The notes under the pieces: generated by a model
Databases searched by the model: none
What the model saw: the letters and a program-made list of their open reading frames with translations, nothing else
Told to the model about the DNA's origin: nothing
Position numbers and translations under genes: made by a program
Assembly: GCA_035221665.1 (NCBI GenBank)
Contig: CM069134.1
Location: forward strand, 17,546,001-17,610,000
DNA: 64,000 nucleotides
DNA from: Okamejei kenojei
Taxonomy: Eukaryota
Direction of reading: 5' to 3'
Shown here: piece after piece, positions 1-13,054 of the stretch
Layout of the letters: each line of letters opens with the position of its first letter
How positions within the stretch are numbered: the first letter of the stretch is position 1

Positions 1-422
1 TAAAAGGCACTAAGCAGTGGTAACTAAACTAGAGGGCCTGGGTTTAGGATTCGGGAGTTAAGTTTCGGGGTAGCACAGTGGCACTGGTACCGTAGGGTTG
101 CTGTCCTACAAAGCCAGGGATCCATGTTCGATGCTGACCATGGGTGCTGTCTGTACAGAGTTTGAACGTTCTCCGGTGCTCCGGTTTCCTCCCACATTCC
201 AGACATACAAGTTTGTAGGTAAATTGGCTTTGGTAAAATTGTAAATTGTTCCTAGTGTGTAGGGTAGTGCTAGTGTACAGGATGATCAGTGGTCAGCATG
301 GATTCAGTGGGCTGCTTCCACACTGTATCTCTAAAGTCTAGTAGGGATCTGAGAAAGAGCTATTTCACACAGAGTAATCAGAATCTGTAATGCTCTGCTT
401 GAGTGGATGGTGGAGACAAGTG

Positions 423-1073
423 CAGGCACTCCCCGACTTGTGTATTAGTCGAAGTAGGTAACTCGCACTTACGTAAAACAATTCATAATAGGTGGTGATG
501 TTTATTGAATGCAACGAGACGATGGCAAGGGCTTCCTGTATGCTTCATAGATATACAGACATCGCCCAGGTTCAGTGCTCTTCCACTGTCAGCCGCTGTC
601 CGTGCGACACTGGGAAGGCAATTGAGAAAGAGGGAGGCGGTGGAGAACAACTCCTGGCTGACATTGCCACTGACAGGACAATGTGGGGCTCCCTCCCCTC
701 TCACCAGCTGCAACTGCTTCCTGTCAGCCTCCACTTTGTCTACTCACCCCTCCACTGCCCCCTTCTCCTCCTCCTGTTGCTTTGCCACTCCATCGCTGCC
801 ACCTCCTCCTTCTCCCTCAGTCGCTCACATCTTCCACGAAGATGACATGGCGACTTTAGTCTGAAGAAGGATCCTGACCTGAAACATCACCTATCCATAT
901 TTTCCAGCAATGCTGTCTGACCTGCTGAGTTACTCCAGCACTTTGTGTCCTTTGGTGTATATTAACCATCATCTGCAGTTCATTGTTTCTAATTAGTTTT
1001 AAGATGATTCTGACTTGCATAAAATCTGATTTACATTAGGGAGATCTGATTTACATAACTTGGGGAGCATCTG
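423..1073. mobile_element. Non-autonomous pogo/Tigger-like DNA transposon with a Penelope tail inserted at ~859-990
   Basis: Imperfect terminal inverted repeats (TIRs) caggcactccccgactt / aacttggggagcatctg, followed by TA on the right. Confidence 0.5.
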
Positions 1074-1119
1074 TACTCTTACCATTTTACACTTTAAAAC
1101 TATCAGGCAAACTGAAGGA

Positions 1120-1430
1120 TGGCACGGTGACCTAGTGGTAGAGCTATTGCCTTACAGCGCCACAGACCCGGGATCAATCCTGACTACGGGTGCTTGTCTG
1201 TAAGGAGTTTGTACGTTCTCCCTGCGACGGCGTGGGTTTTCTCCGAGATCTTTGGTTTCCTCCCACACTCCAAAGGCATAAAGGTTTGTACTTTAATCGC
1301 CTTGGTATAAATGTAAAAATATCCTTAGTGTGTAGGGTAGTGCTAATGTGCGGGGATCGCTGGTCGGCGAGGACTCGGTGGGCTGAAGGACCTTTTTCCG
1401 CGCTGCATCTCTAAACTAGACTAAACTAAA
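1120..1430 (+). mobile_element. HE1-like tRNA-derived SINE (representative copy)
   Basis: tRNA-like head with A/B-box-like motifs (ggcacggtg...; gggatcaatcc) and a (ctaaa)n tail. Other copies at ~65-340, 5760-5920(-), 10920-11228(-), 11350-11550, 52470-52998(-), 53460-53735, 55395-55535 and 60790-61060. Confidence 0.75.
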
Positions 1431-1724
1431 TCTCAACAAGCACCCGAGTCACTAAGGCAAGGAAGGCTACAGACCAAATGCTGGTAAATGGAATTAACTA
1501 ACGCAAATAAGTACTTGATTGTCTGCATGGACAAGGCTGGGTCAAAGATGGTTTCTTTGTTATATGATGCAACAGAATTAAACAGAAAATACATTTGCAT
1601 TACATTTGTCTTATAGTTAAATGATAAAAAACATACACCCAAAACAATTTTAATTGCGTATGTTTAATGGTGATACAATTACAGGTGGCAGTCTCCAGTA
1701 CAACTGGCAACTCAAAGAACATAC

Positions 1725-1828
1725 CTGGGGTGATGCAGCCTGGTCCATTACACAAAGAAGTAGGTTCTGTGTCTGTTCTCTGACTTGATCTTTGTTGTCA
1801 CCTAAACGATCTATGAGTGCCGGTAGCA
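1725..1828 (-). CDS. CLASP2: CLASP coding exon 3 (104 bp)
   Basis: Acceptor tttccag|TG, translation (L)LPALIDRLGDNKDQVREQTQNLLLCVMDQAASPQ, donor CAG|GTATGT. This is a TOG HEAT-repeat motif (IDRLGD.K..VRE). The gene continues beyond the left edge of the window. Confidence 0.93.
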
Positions 1829-4800
1829 CTGGAAAATAAAGCATGAAAAAGTGAATAATCTTTGCTGATATTATTAATACTACAATATCCATATTTATAT
1901 CTTTACTTATTAACCAAAATAAATGGCACAATAACTACGATTTGCTCATAAAGTGATTATTTTCAAGTTTACAATCCTAAAGTTGTAGCTTTGTGGCCGG
2001 CAAACAGATGTTTAGGAAACCACTTGAGAATATGTGTGTTGGCTACCCGTTTACAAGTCTGATTATCTTCTGGTTTTCAACTCTACAGTCACATATGAGA
2101 ATGGATTTGACTTTCCAACAGAAGAGGTGGCCACATCTCCCCTAGGTTACCTTGCACTTGTTGATGGTGGCCTTAGTACTCCAAAACAGTTCTGAAAAAG
2201 GTGGCTTTTCAAATGGCTTTGTTTCTACACTGTATCTCTAAAGGACTGCACTGCCTTCCGACCCCACTCCCAACTCGCAAGGTGCAGCAGTGAGTCCTTC
2301 CTCACCCACCGCATGGTCCGGTGACACAGATGTTGTTGCAGCTCATGTTGTAGCCCCTGGGAACAGCACTTTCTTCAGCCACCACCACCGACAAGATATG
2401 CTCAGTCTCCCTCCCCATGCACCTGCTGCTTTTTCTTGCTGTCAGTGGTGGCTTTGACCGCTCCCTGTCGACCGCTGCTGCCCGTTTCTCCCATCGCTCT
2501 GTCCACTTGGCCTCTTCCTCCTCATACCCTTGCCACCGCGTCCTCCTTCGCCCTCGGAGTCGCCAACATACTCCACCTTGTAAGCGACAGTGGGAGATGA
2601 GAGGGAGTCCCACAGTGACCAAGCGTGTCCTGTTGTTGTCAGTGGCCTGAAAAATGTGCATCCTGTCAGGGACTGCAACATGAGCCGCAACAACAGCCGT
2701 GTGAACTGGTGAAGAAGGACTTGCTGGTGCAGACCAGCAGCATCAGTGCCAAGTTTTAAAGTGAAATGACACAGTACTGGAGTAACTCAGCCAACTGAAT
2801 CAATCTGAGGAAGGGTCCCGATCCAGGAAAGGAAGGTCGATATGGGAATGGGATATTCGCAGATATAAAGGAAGCCACATCAGATGTACCAAATGTAGTA
2901 GATGAGGATAGAGGAGGTGCATGCAAATTCAACATGATCCTACCAAATCATTTCCGCCCCACTCGTTTCCGCAATTCCTCGGTTCACTCGTCTCTTCCAC
3001 TCAAACCACTCCTTCCCCTGGTACTAACCACTGCAACCGCAAAAGGACCAACACCTGTCCCTACACTTCCTCCTTCATGTTCACCCAGGGATCCCAGCAA
3101 CACTGACATGTAAGACAGAGGTTCACATGCAACTCCATATACTGTATTTGGTTCTTCCGACACCACACCAAGTGCTGTGCTTACTTTTGATCTTATTACT
3201 TAAAATAACAATTAGAGAGATTTGTAGTGAAAATTCACTTGCAGTTCCAGATATGGAAAAATGAGCAAGTGAAGAGAGATCGAGTAAGCAAGGTTACTAT
3301 TCTCTAAAGGAAAGAAGAATGATATGCAATCTCATTGAAACATGCAAGATCTTTAAAAGAGTCAACAGGTTAAAAGAAAAATATTTCCTTTGGATACGGA
3401 ATATAGAACTGCTGGGGGCGGTGGGAGGATGGTCTCAGAATAAGGAAATGGCAATTTAGGATTGCAAGGAACGACAATCACTCAAAGGTTGAGAACCTTT
3501 GGAATCCAATACCCGAGAGCTGTGACTGCTCTGTTGTTGGCTAATTGAGAAACAGAAACTGGTAGATGCGCGTGTATTAAAGAAAGGAACAGAGACATTG
3601 CACAAAGATAGCTTTTCTTATATTTCATATACCATGATCTTGTTAAATGGAAGGGAAGGCAATAACAGCCTAAAGGTCTACTCCTGTTCCTATTGTAAAT
3701 AATAAATCAAACAGATATTTTGCTGATCTTATTATAACATGTTTATGGCTAGCATTTGGATAAATGTGAACTGACGAACGAACCCACCTGGGATTTGCAA
3801 TGTTTGTTTATATTACTAATTGCACCGTTTTATTTTTAAGGCAACTGTTGACATGCAACTTAAAAGTATTACTGCATTCCAAAAGACATTTGCTAAGAAT
3901 CCCCACAAGAAGCTGAATCAAATATTCACCCAACGTTGGAATAAATACAATAATTGGCATTGCCAGTAGTTGTATATCCAAAATCTTACAACCTAATACC
4001 AGTGTTATCTCATTCATCAAGAAAATCAAGCAAAGGAACCCTTTGCAATCTTCAACTTAGATCCCAACTTAGATAAGTACCATAATAGAAAACCTGGCAT
4101 TCTCAACTCAAAAACATTTGAAGACAAATAAAGCATACCATAATTTTAGTGCAGTAACTTGAACATCAGCTACATTCCAGAGCAGATTAAAATTACCAAT
4201 AAATACTGCCTTGTCGGTACAGTTCATCTCCCAAAAATAGAGCGATTTATAAAGGCCATAAATGTACCGAGTCATAGAGTGATACGGTGTGGAAACAGGC
4301 CCTTCTGCCCAACTGGCCAACAATGTCCCAGCAACACTAGTCCCACTTGCCTGCGCTTGGTCCATATCACTCCAAACCTGTCCCGTCCATGTACCTGTTT
4401 AACTGTCTCTTAAGCAATGGGATAGTCCCAGCCTTAACTACCTCCTCTGGCAGCTTGTTCCATACACCCACCACCCTATGTGTGAAAAAGTTTCCCCTCG
4501 GATTCCTATTAAATCTTTTCCCCTTCACCTTGAACCAATGTCCTCTGGTCCTCGATTCACCTACTCTGGGCATCTACCTGATCTATTCCTTTCAGGATTT
4601 TGTACACCTCTATAAGATCCCCCACATCCTCTTGCCCGCCATGGAATAGAGACCCAGCCTACTCAACCTCTCCCTGTAGCTCACACCCTTTAATCCTGGC
4701 AACATCCTCGTAAATCTATTCTGAACGCTTACAAGCTTGACAATATATTTCCTATAACGTGGTGCCCAGACATGGGCACAACATTCAACATTATTGAATA

Positions 4801-4922
4801 CAATATTCTAAATGCGGTCTCACCAACTGAGGACAAATTACCATTATTGATTTTATCTGTGGGCAAATTAGTTTTCATGATGTGGAATATTAACAAGTTC
4901 AAAAGAGAGGACATTCACTCAC

Positions 4923-5001
4923 ATGTTCCAAAATGGGGTTTAAAACGATCTTTAATGCGATCCACAAGTGCTCCTGTAATATCTAATCCAAGTAGTGTAA
5001 C
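4923..5001 (-). CDS. CLASP2: CLASP coding exon 2 (79 bp)
   Basis: Not in the ORF track. Acceptor tttcag|GTT, translation VTLLGLDITGALVDRIKDRFKPHFGT plus 1 nt, donor T|GTGAGT. Phase is compatible with exons 1 and 3. Confidence 0.92.
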
Positions 5002-7879
5002 CTGAAATATAAACAAATAAAATTAGACTCCAAACATTCATACAGTTTTTGTTAATCTCTTAAGCATTCATGATTATTGTGTTGCATTTTTCATTGCATT
5101 GGACCAAGTGAACACTTGCAAGCAATTTGTTTTACAGAGGTAGTTTCACTCAATTTAAGAGAGCGTGAAGAATAGTTTCTGTGCTCCATTTCACTCACCC
5201 TTTTTTTTGCACCAAAGAACAAGTGCTTCTGAAAGGTTCAAGCCATCTCAAAAGCCTATTCTACAAAACTCTGGCATGTAAGGAAGGAGTTTGAATGCAA
5301 GGAGAGAGTATACAGTAATTGGCAAGACCCTCAACAGCATTGATGTGCAGAGGTCCAGGTTCATAGCTCAGTAAAGGTGGCTGTACAAGTAGATAGGGTG
5401 TTCAAGAAGGCAGATGACATGATTGCCTTCATTGCTAGGAACATTGAATATAAGAGTCAGGAAGTTATAATAGGACTTTGGTTGGGCTGCATTTGGAGTA
5501 TTGTGTGCTGTTCTACTCGCCCTCTTACAGGAAAGATGTGGAAGATTTGGAGAGGGTGTGGAGGAGGTTTACCAGATTAGCTTAGAGTGTTTCACCAACA
5601 GGGAGAGGTTGGATAGATTTGGATTGTTTCCTCTGGAACGTCGGAGTTTAAGGGGAACCGTGATAGAAGTATATAAAATCATGAGGGGCTCAGATAAGGT
5701 AGACAGTCAGAACCTTTTCCCAGGGTGGAAACGGATATGGGTATAATGGTGGGAAAAATAGTTTAGTTTAGTTTAGAGATACATTGCGGAAACAGGCCCT
5801 TCGGCCCACCAGGTCAGCACTGACCAGCGATCCCTGCACATTAACGCTATTCTACACACACTAGGGAACATTTTTACATTTACCAAGCCAATTAACCTAC
5901 ATACCTGTACATCTTTGCAGTTGAGATACAAGAAATACCAAGATCTCAATGGGTAAACAATATTATACAGTGATACTTGCAAAGAAACAGACCCTTCAGT
6001 CTATAACAACCAGCAATAACCCATTTGCAATAATTCTACATTAATCCTATCATTTTATTCTCCCCACATTCGCATCAACTAGATTCTACCACTCATATAC
6101 ATATCAGGAGCCAGTTATAGTGATTAATTAACCTACTAACCTGCATATCATTGGGTAGCGAGAGCAAACCCACATAATCACTGGGGATTGTACAAATGAA
6201 AAATAAAGAGGCAGCCCCATGGTTACAATTGAACCCATGTCTCTGGTAATGTAAATCGGCGGTTCTAATAATTTGCTGAGGTTCACCAGAAGAAGTGCTC
6301 CGACCGCGGGGCTTGTGGACTTTAACTTGTGAACGTGAAGCCGCGGTCTCCGGTAAGAAAAGGCCGACTCGGGAGCTCCATGCCGCGGAATGTTTCCATT
6401 CCGTCCTGATGCCGGAGTCGCCATCATCTCGACGATAGGACTTTAACATCGGGCCGTCGGCAGAGGTATTGCTGAGGGTTCAAGGCCCTGAACACCACGG
6501 GTGAACAAAAGGAGGAAGATGACTGAACGTTATTGCCTTCCATCACAGTGAAGAATGTTGATTCCACTGTGATGGATGTTTATGTGTATTTTATTACTCT
6601 ATTATTACTAGTATGGCTGGATGGTAACTCAAATATCACTGCACCTTAATTGGTGCATGTGACAATAAATTTAAACTTGACCTTAATAACTGTGATGCAG
6701 TGCAGTTTGGAAGAGCTTGGCAATGGCAGAAATGAAGAGTCCCTTAGGCATATTACAGCCATCCAGATTTAACTAAAGGGTAAACGACCTTCACAGCACT
6801 TATTACTCTAGATTCCCAGCACTTACAATACTTTCTTCTGGTAATTTCAGTTGACCAATCTGCTTCATTTCTTTTTCATCTTCCAAACATTTGTTACTTG
6901 TTCTATTTTCACCCTCCGTTATCCTTTTGTTCCCAATTCCCCTCTTCTTTACATTCTAAACTGTGTCTCTAACATGTAAAATTTAAAAGAAACTTGCAGA
7001 TGCTGGAATTATGAAACAAAAACAGAAAACGTTGGAAACTCTATAAGGCAGCTTTCACGAAAAGAGTAAAAGGTGCAGGTTGGAAATACTTGCATTCACA
7101 ATTTCCCAGCTCTGACAAGTTGCTAAGAGAATGAAAATAGAGAATGATGGAATACAAGGAATACAGGGACATCCTGGGTTACAGAGGATCTGACTTACAG
7201 ATATATTTGACTGTACATCATTTTTCCCATTAATTTTTAAATAATTATTCAAGATGGGAATGAAATGCAACTTGTGCAGCACAGATGAATTGTGCTGAAC
7301 TTCCTCGTTAGCATAACACGATTGGTTTAAAGTAGAAAATTAAAGCAATTAAAGTATGAAAGCAGCCAAAGACTTTCTTTCATCTTGCATAAGCATGGTC
7401 TCGCTACCTCAACAATGATTACAATTCTAAGGAACAGAAAGGGCAGAGAAAGTGAAAGGTTCAGTACTTCTAAAACCAACTGTAAAAAGAAAGCAGCTAT
7501 TAGGTGCTATCTGTGATATAGTAAAGGTATCTACTTTGTGGATGGAATATCAAATTCAAACTCAAATGTGTACCACTCAAGCCTCATGGCCAGATTTTGT
7601 GCCATAATTGATTTAACAGATTTACGGCTCACCTTATGAAAATAAGAACATAAGTGTGTGGTAAGGATCCCAGTGCTGATAGGGAAGCAGCAGAATTCAT
7701 GTTTATAGGCGATAGGAGCAGAATTAGACCATTCGGCCCATCAAATCTACTCTGCCAGTTCAATTATGGCTGATTTATCTTTCCTTCAACCCCATTCTCC
7801 TGCCTTCCCCCCATAACCACCGACACCTGTACCAATCAAGAATCTTTCTATCCTTGACTTAAAAATATCCATTGACTCG

Positions 7880-8060
7880 ACTTGAAATTGCTTCCCGATG
7901 CATTGAAAAAGTGTAATAAAAGATGGTGATCGAATGGCAAAGCAAAACCTTTATATCGATATGTCAGGACTTTTCTAGAAGAAAATTGCCAGACAGAACA
8001 TACCTATCCAAAGAGGAAAAGAGTGTGCCAGGTTTTAAAGGCTGCAAAAGATCGACATAT
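7880..8060 (+). mobile_element. pogo/Tigger transposase remnant
   Basis: KLPDRTYLSKEEKSVPGFK(frameshift)AKDR matches the Tigger/TIGD motif MP.RT.ISKEEK..PGFKA.KDR. Confidence 0.65.
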
Positions 8061-9371
8061 GCTCTTTGCCTGTACCTTAGGCATGACCATCTCTTAGTAA
8101 CTCCTATCTATGACACCTTGGATAATCCTGAGGTTATCCAGCTGCAACTTAATTTCCTTAACTTAAGGATCTGCAGCATAATAAGATATGGATAGCTGAG
8201 GAAACAGATGACAACACAATGCAGAACTGAGAGAAAACAAGGAGTACCTCATGAAAGGGAGACTCAACGACTTCAGGCAGTGCATTTCTATCTTGGGTTT
8301 GGGGATTTGGTCATTTTTGACTTCCAGGAAAATAAGTTTAGGGTGAGTTCTCAGGAATGAAACCCTTGCGCAATCCAGGTATGCGTCACAGGTTGATGCC
8401 AGATTTGCTGTAGGATGAATTGTTAAGTGTGCAGTAGGGGGCAACAAAGAAGTGTAATTTGTTGCAAACGTGATGTAGGGGTATACTCATGGAGATGGAG
8501 AAAAACAACTAATATCATGGGCAGTAGAAATGACTGATTCCGATATAGAAAATGAGTTAGAGAGTGGAAAAATTCAACATTTATATCACAAGGCTGCGAT
8601 GTGCTCAGTCGGAAGATTAGGTGCTACTCTTTAAGCTTGCAATGGGCAAGTTATAGAAATACTGGCAGTCACAGAGAGAGAGGTCAGAGAGCCAATGGGA
8701 AGCTCAGGGTCATCTCTGCTAACTGAACACAAATGTTCTGCAACTAGTCTGCATTTAGTTTTTTCACCGTACAGAGGATCACACTGTGCTGTAGAATGCA
8801 GTACATAGATTGGAAGTGCAAGTAAATGGCTGCTGCACCTAGAAAGACTATTTTTGTCCTTTGATGTGAAAAAGGAAGAGATGAGAGAACAAATGTTTCG
8901 TCTCCTGCAATTGCAAAAGAAAGTTCCATAGGACAGGGACTGCTTGGTAGGGGTAGAAAAGCAGATGGGAAAGGGAACAATCCCTTTGCAATGCAGAAAG
9001 AAGAGTACATTTTGTTTCTGGAGGTGGCATCATAATGCAGCTGATAAAAATTGTGAAGGATAATGCATTTATATGGAAGCATTTTGTCTCTTCATTGGCA
9101 CAGTAATCTGTGATATTCAACCCTTCAAACTTCTTTACAAATTAAACAATTTATTCCCACAACAATATTAGTCTCAACCTATCATAGATATTCCCTTTAT
9201 CCCATATATCCCTCGTCCGCCTTCTCTGTAACTTAATGCTAAATTGTTTCTGCTCTTGACCAGATTTAAAGGAAAAGAAGTGATTTGAATGGCTCATTGA
9301 GAGAAAGCAGCCCATAAGAACGGTATAGCGGAGCAGCCATGTTGAGGAGGTGCTTTATTGAAGATAAATAC

Positions 9372-10023
9372 AGAAATCTTCTGCGGACAGGGGTCATTGA
9401 CAAATCCACACCTGCCTCCTGAAGAGTGTTTCTGATCTGTCTGACAGGTATTTGGAGAATCGTTGTATCATCAGCTATGGAGGCCTTCCTTGGCCTGCCA
9501 GTCCCTTTGCGATTAATAAGCTCACCAGTGCTCTCTTTCTTCTTAATTATGTTCCAAACAGTTGATTTTGGTAAGCCTAAGGTTTGGCTGATGTCTCTAA
9601 CAGTTTTACTCTTGTTTCTCAGTCTCATAATGGCTTCTTTGACTTTCATTGGCACAACTTTGGACCTCATGTTGATAAACAGCAATAAACGTTTCCAAAG
9701 GTGATGGAAAGACTGGAGGAAAGACTAGGTGCTGAGAGCTCTCTTATATCTGAATTTAGGGGGCAATTAAAAACACCTGAGCAAACACCTGTGAAGCCAT
9801 GTGTCCCAAACATTATGGTGCCCTGAAATGGGGGGACTATGTACAAACACAGCTGTAATTTCTACATGGTGAAACCAAAATGTATAAAAATGGCCTTTAA
9901 TAAAATCTGACAATGTGCACTTTAACCACATGTGATTTTTTTTCTATTACATCTCAAATGTGGAGTACAGAAGGCAAATAAATAAACGATGGGTCTTTGT
10001 CCCAAACATTATGGAGGGCACTG
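9372..10023 (-). mobile_element. Tc1-family transposon, 5' part (IR/DR-type TIR plus N-terminal transposase)
   Basis: Terminus CAGTGCCCTCC preceded by TA (10024-25). Direct repeat gtcccaaacattatgg at 9803-9818 and 9999-10014. ORF reads MRSKVVPMKVKEAIMRL...ISQTLGLPKSTVWNIIKK...GTGRPRK (paired-like HTH and GRPR motif) and is truncated. Confidence 0.9.
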
Positions 10024-10860
10024 TATATCCCAAGAAGGGAAGTCCCTTCTAACATTGACTCAGATCAGGGTAGACACTTTATAAATGCTGTTTGTAAGGA
10101 AATCTTCAGACTCCTGAACATTATCTGGAATTTACACTGTCCCCATCATCCACAATCCTCTGATCTTATTGAACGAATGAATCTCACTATTAAGGATCTC
10201 ACAATTAAATATCACCCATAGAGAATGCCGTGGACACAGGCCATCCCCATTATCTTATGTAGTATTTGGGCCACTCCCAAGCAAACCACAGGGCTGAGCC
10301 CATTTGTAATTACCACTGACAGGCCTATGCCACTGCCAGGAACTTGAACTTGCGAAAAACTGATTGCAATCTTATGAGTGATGCTTTTTTAGCATATTGC
10401 GCAAGCCTGACAAAAGCCATCAGCTCTGCCTCCAACTGGAAATGGCTGCATGGGGTGACCACAAAAGAGCTGTGGAGACCAAGTCAGTGGATGTTTTTTA
10501 AGGCAGAGATAGATAGATTTTGGATTAGTATGGATGTCAGAGGTTATGGGGAGAAAGCAGGAGAATGGGGTTAGGAGAGAGATAGATCAGTCATGATTGA
10601 ATGGCGGAGTAGACTTGATGGGCCGAATTGTCTAATTCACACCCATCACTTATGACTTTATGACCGACCAGAGGTAGGCCACAACATAGTCCCAGGTCCA
10701 CCAATCCGTGGTAAGAAGATTCAAAAGGAACCATTAGGCTCCTTTTGGGAAGGACCTTTCCAGGTGCTACTGACCACACAAGCCACAGTTAATGTTCAGG
10801 GGAAGAAGGCCTGCATACACAACTCCCACGTTAAAAGGGCGGCTCAAGACCAAGTGTCGA
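10024..10860 (+). mobile_element. Class I (epsilon/gamma-like) endogenous retrovirus integrase remnant
   Basis: Motifs IPRREVPSNIDSDQGRHF...WNLHCPHHPQSSDLIERMNLTIK, then ATPKQTTGLSPF, then C-terminal WEGPFQVLLTT...IHNSHVKRA. Interrupted by a CR1 tail at ~10465-10660. Confidence 0.85.
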
Positions 10861-11549
10861 TAATAAAGGAGAACTGAATTTATTTTGTAACGATGACTGT
10901 TTTCTTTCTTGGATTGTGTTTAGTTTAGTTTAGCGGAAACAGACCATTCGGCCTACCGAGTCCACACTGAACAGCGATCCCCGCACATTAACACTACCCC
11001 TACACACAATAGGGACAATTTACATATACACCAAGCCAATTAACCTACAAACCTGTACATCTTCGGAGCGTGGGAGGAAACCGAAGATCTCAGAGAAAAC
11101 CCATGCGGTCAAGGGGAGAACGTACAAACTCCATGCAGACAGCAAACGTAGTCAGGATCGAACCCGGGTCTCTGACGGTGCAAGCACCGGAAGGCAGCAA
11201 CTCTACCACTATGCCACCGTGCCGCCCTGTATTCTAATCTTTTTTAAAAATTACCCACAACCCAGGCCCCCAGCTATCATGTTATACCCACAGAGTTGCC
11301 CGTTAACTTCCTGTACAAATGCAACTTGTATGCCGAAGAAAATGGGGCGTTTACACGTTCTACCTGTAAATGCTTGGGTTTTCTCCAGGTGCTCCAGTTT
11401 CCCACCCAAACTCCAAAAACATACAGGTTTGCAGGTTAATTAGGTTCAGTAATACCTGTAAACTGTCGGTAGTGTAGGAAAGTACTAGTGCACGGGGTGA
11501 TCGCAGGACGGCACGGACTCAATGGGCCGAAGGGCCTGTTTCTCCAACG

Positions 11550-11880
11550 TCTCAAATAATCTTTCCAGCTGCTGGGTGTTCACACACGTCCCCGTTCACT
11601 CGAAGAGGAAACTTTCCTTAATGCCTATCCCCATTCCAAAACAGCAGCCTAGTGGAGTGGAGTTACAGGATCGCTGGAATCTTTGGAATCCTCCTTGGCT
11701 CACAGCTTCATCCTGTTTACCTTTATCCTTTTTAAGTTTATGGGGTGTTTTAATACTTATTATGTATTGTTGCAAACAAGTGGTAGAAGCTCCAACTAAC
11801 ATTAGATCCCTTCAGGCTGCTAGTTACTATTCCACTTATTACAAAAACACTTCTTATAATTAGAGAAACTTAGCTTTAAG
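11550..11880 (+). mobile_element. Possible ERV env (SU) remnant
   Basis: NNLSSCWVFTHVP resembles the N.S.CW(V/L)C...P motif of gamma-type env. It lies downstream of the integrase on the same strand. Confidence 0.45.
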
Positions 11881-12039
11881 ATTTACCCATCATACGTATT
11901 GGAGGCCATATCTAAAACATAGAGACCATTAAAAATATCTAATGAAGATAAACAAGAAATGTTGGAGTAACTCAGTGGGTCAGGCAGCACCTCTGGAGAA
12001 TAAAAAAGATGACATTCTGGGTCGAGACCCTTCATTGAT

Positions 12040-12790
12040 GGCTGCCTCGCCAACAGTCAGTCTTGTCCTGTTCTCTCTTTGTTTTTTTTTTAAGTTTGTA
12101 GTTAAATGGTGTTTTAGTGTATCTTTAGTTTTGTATGATGTGGGGGGGTGGGGGAAACGTTTAAAAAAAAATCTCTTTCCTCAACGGAGATGGGACTTTT
12201 TCCTTATCGTATCTCCATCTACACTGTCAGATCTAACATCTCGGAGCTGGCAGTCCCTTTTCCAGGGATCGACCTCAGAATCTCCAACCGCGGGAGCCTG
12301 TGGACTTTAACATCGTGGAGCTTGCGGTCACTGGTCAGGGACCGGCTTCGGGATCTCCAAGCCGCAGGAGTTTCGACCACCCCGATCACGGGAGCTTCAA
12401 TCGCCCCAATGTGGGAGCTTCAATCGCTGGCTGCGGGACCTTTAATCGCAACTTTATTGCCTTCGATCACAGAGAGGAATGTGGAGAAGCTGCTATGATG
12501 GATGTTTATGTTAAATTTATATGTGGTTGCGTGTTTTGTTGCTTTTTTAGTATGACTGAATGGCAAATCAAATTCCTCATATGATTTACATAATTGATTG
12601 TTTTACAAACATAAACATCCATCGTAGCGGCTTCTCCACATTCCTCTCTGTGATGGAAGGTCAGGGGAGTCGAACTATCCGCAGTCGGGGTGAATGAAGC
12701 TCCTGCAGCTGGCCATCGAAGCTCTCACATTTGGGCGATTGAAGATCCTGTAATCAGGGTGGTCGAAATTTGGCTATCAAAATCAATTAC
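12040..12790. repeat. Two inverted (tail-to-tail) copies of a non-coding interspersed repeat
   Basis: gagaggaatgtggagaagc...gatggatgtttatgtt at ~12470-12515 has its reverse complement at ~12605-12660. Family members also at ~6285-6670(+) and 35270-35490(-). Confidence 0.6.
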
Positions 12791-13054
12791 AATCAGACAG
12801 AGAGCCGGGGGGGTGGTGGGGGGGATACTGGAGGTATGCCTCTGTCCATACCTCTCGAGAGGCTGCTAGTTATGTTCAATTTTTTAGTTGTAATTCCATA
12901 TTCTTTTGTTTTGTTAGTTATGATATATTCAGTTAAATTAAGGTCTGCAAATATTTTAATGCTTTGCTCAGATGTCCTGTAACCATTGTGCCTAAAGCAT
13001 TGTGCCAAAGTTTTAAACACAACTCCAGGACTCGGCCGATACTTAGAATAAGCA

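Noticed and set aside
1120-1200. tRNA-like sequences at the heads of repeats
   Set aside because: These are SINE heads with body and tail attached, not tRNA genes.
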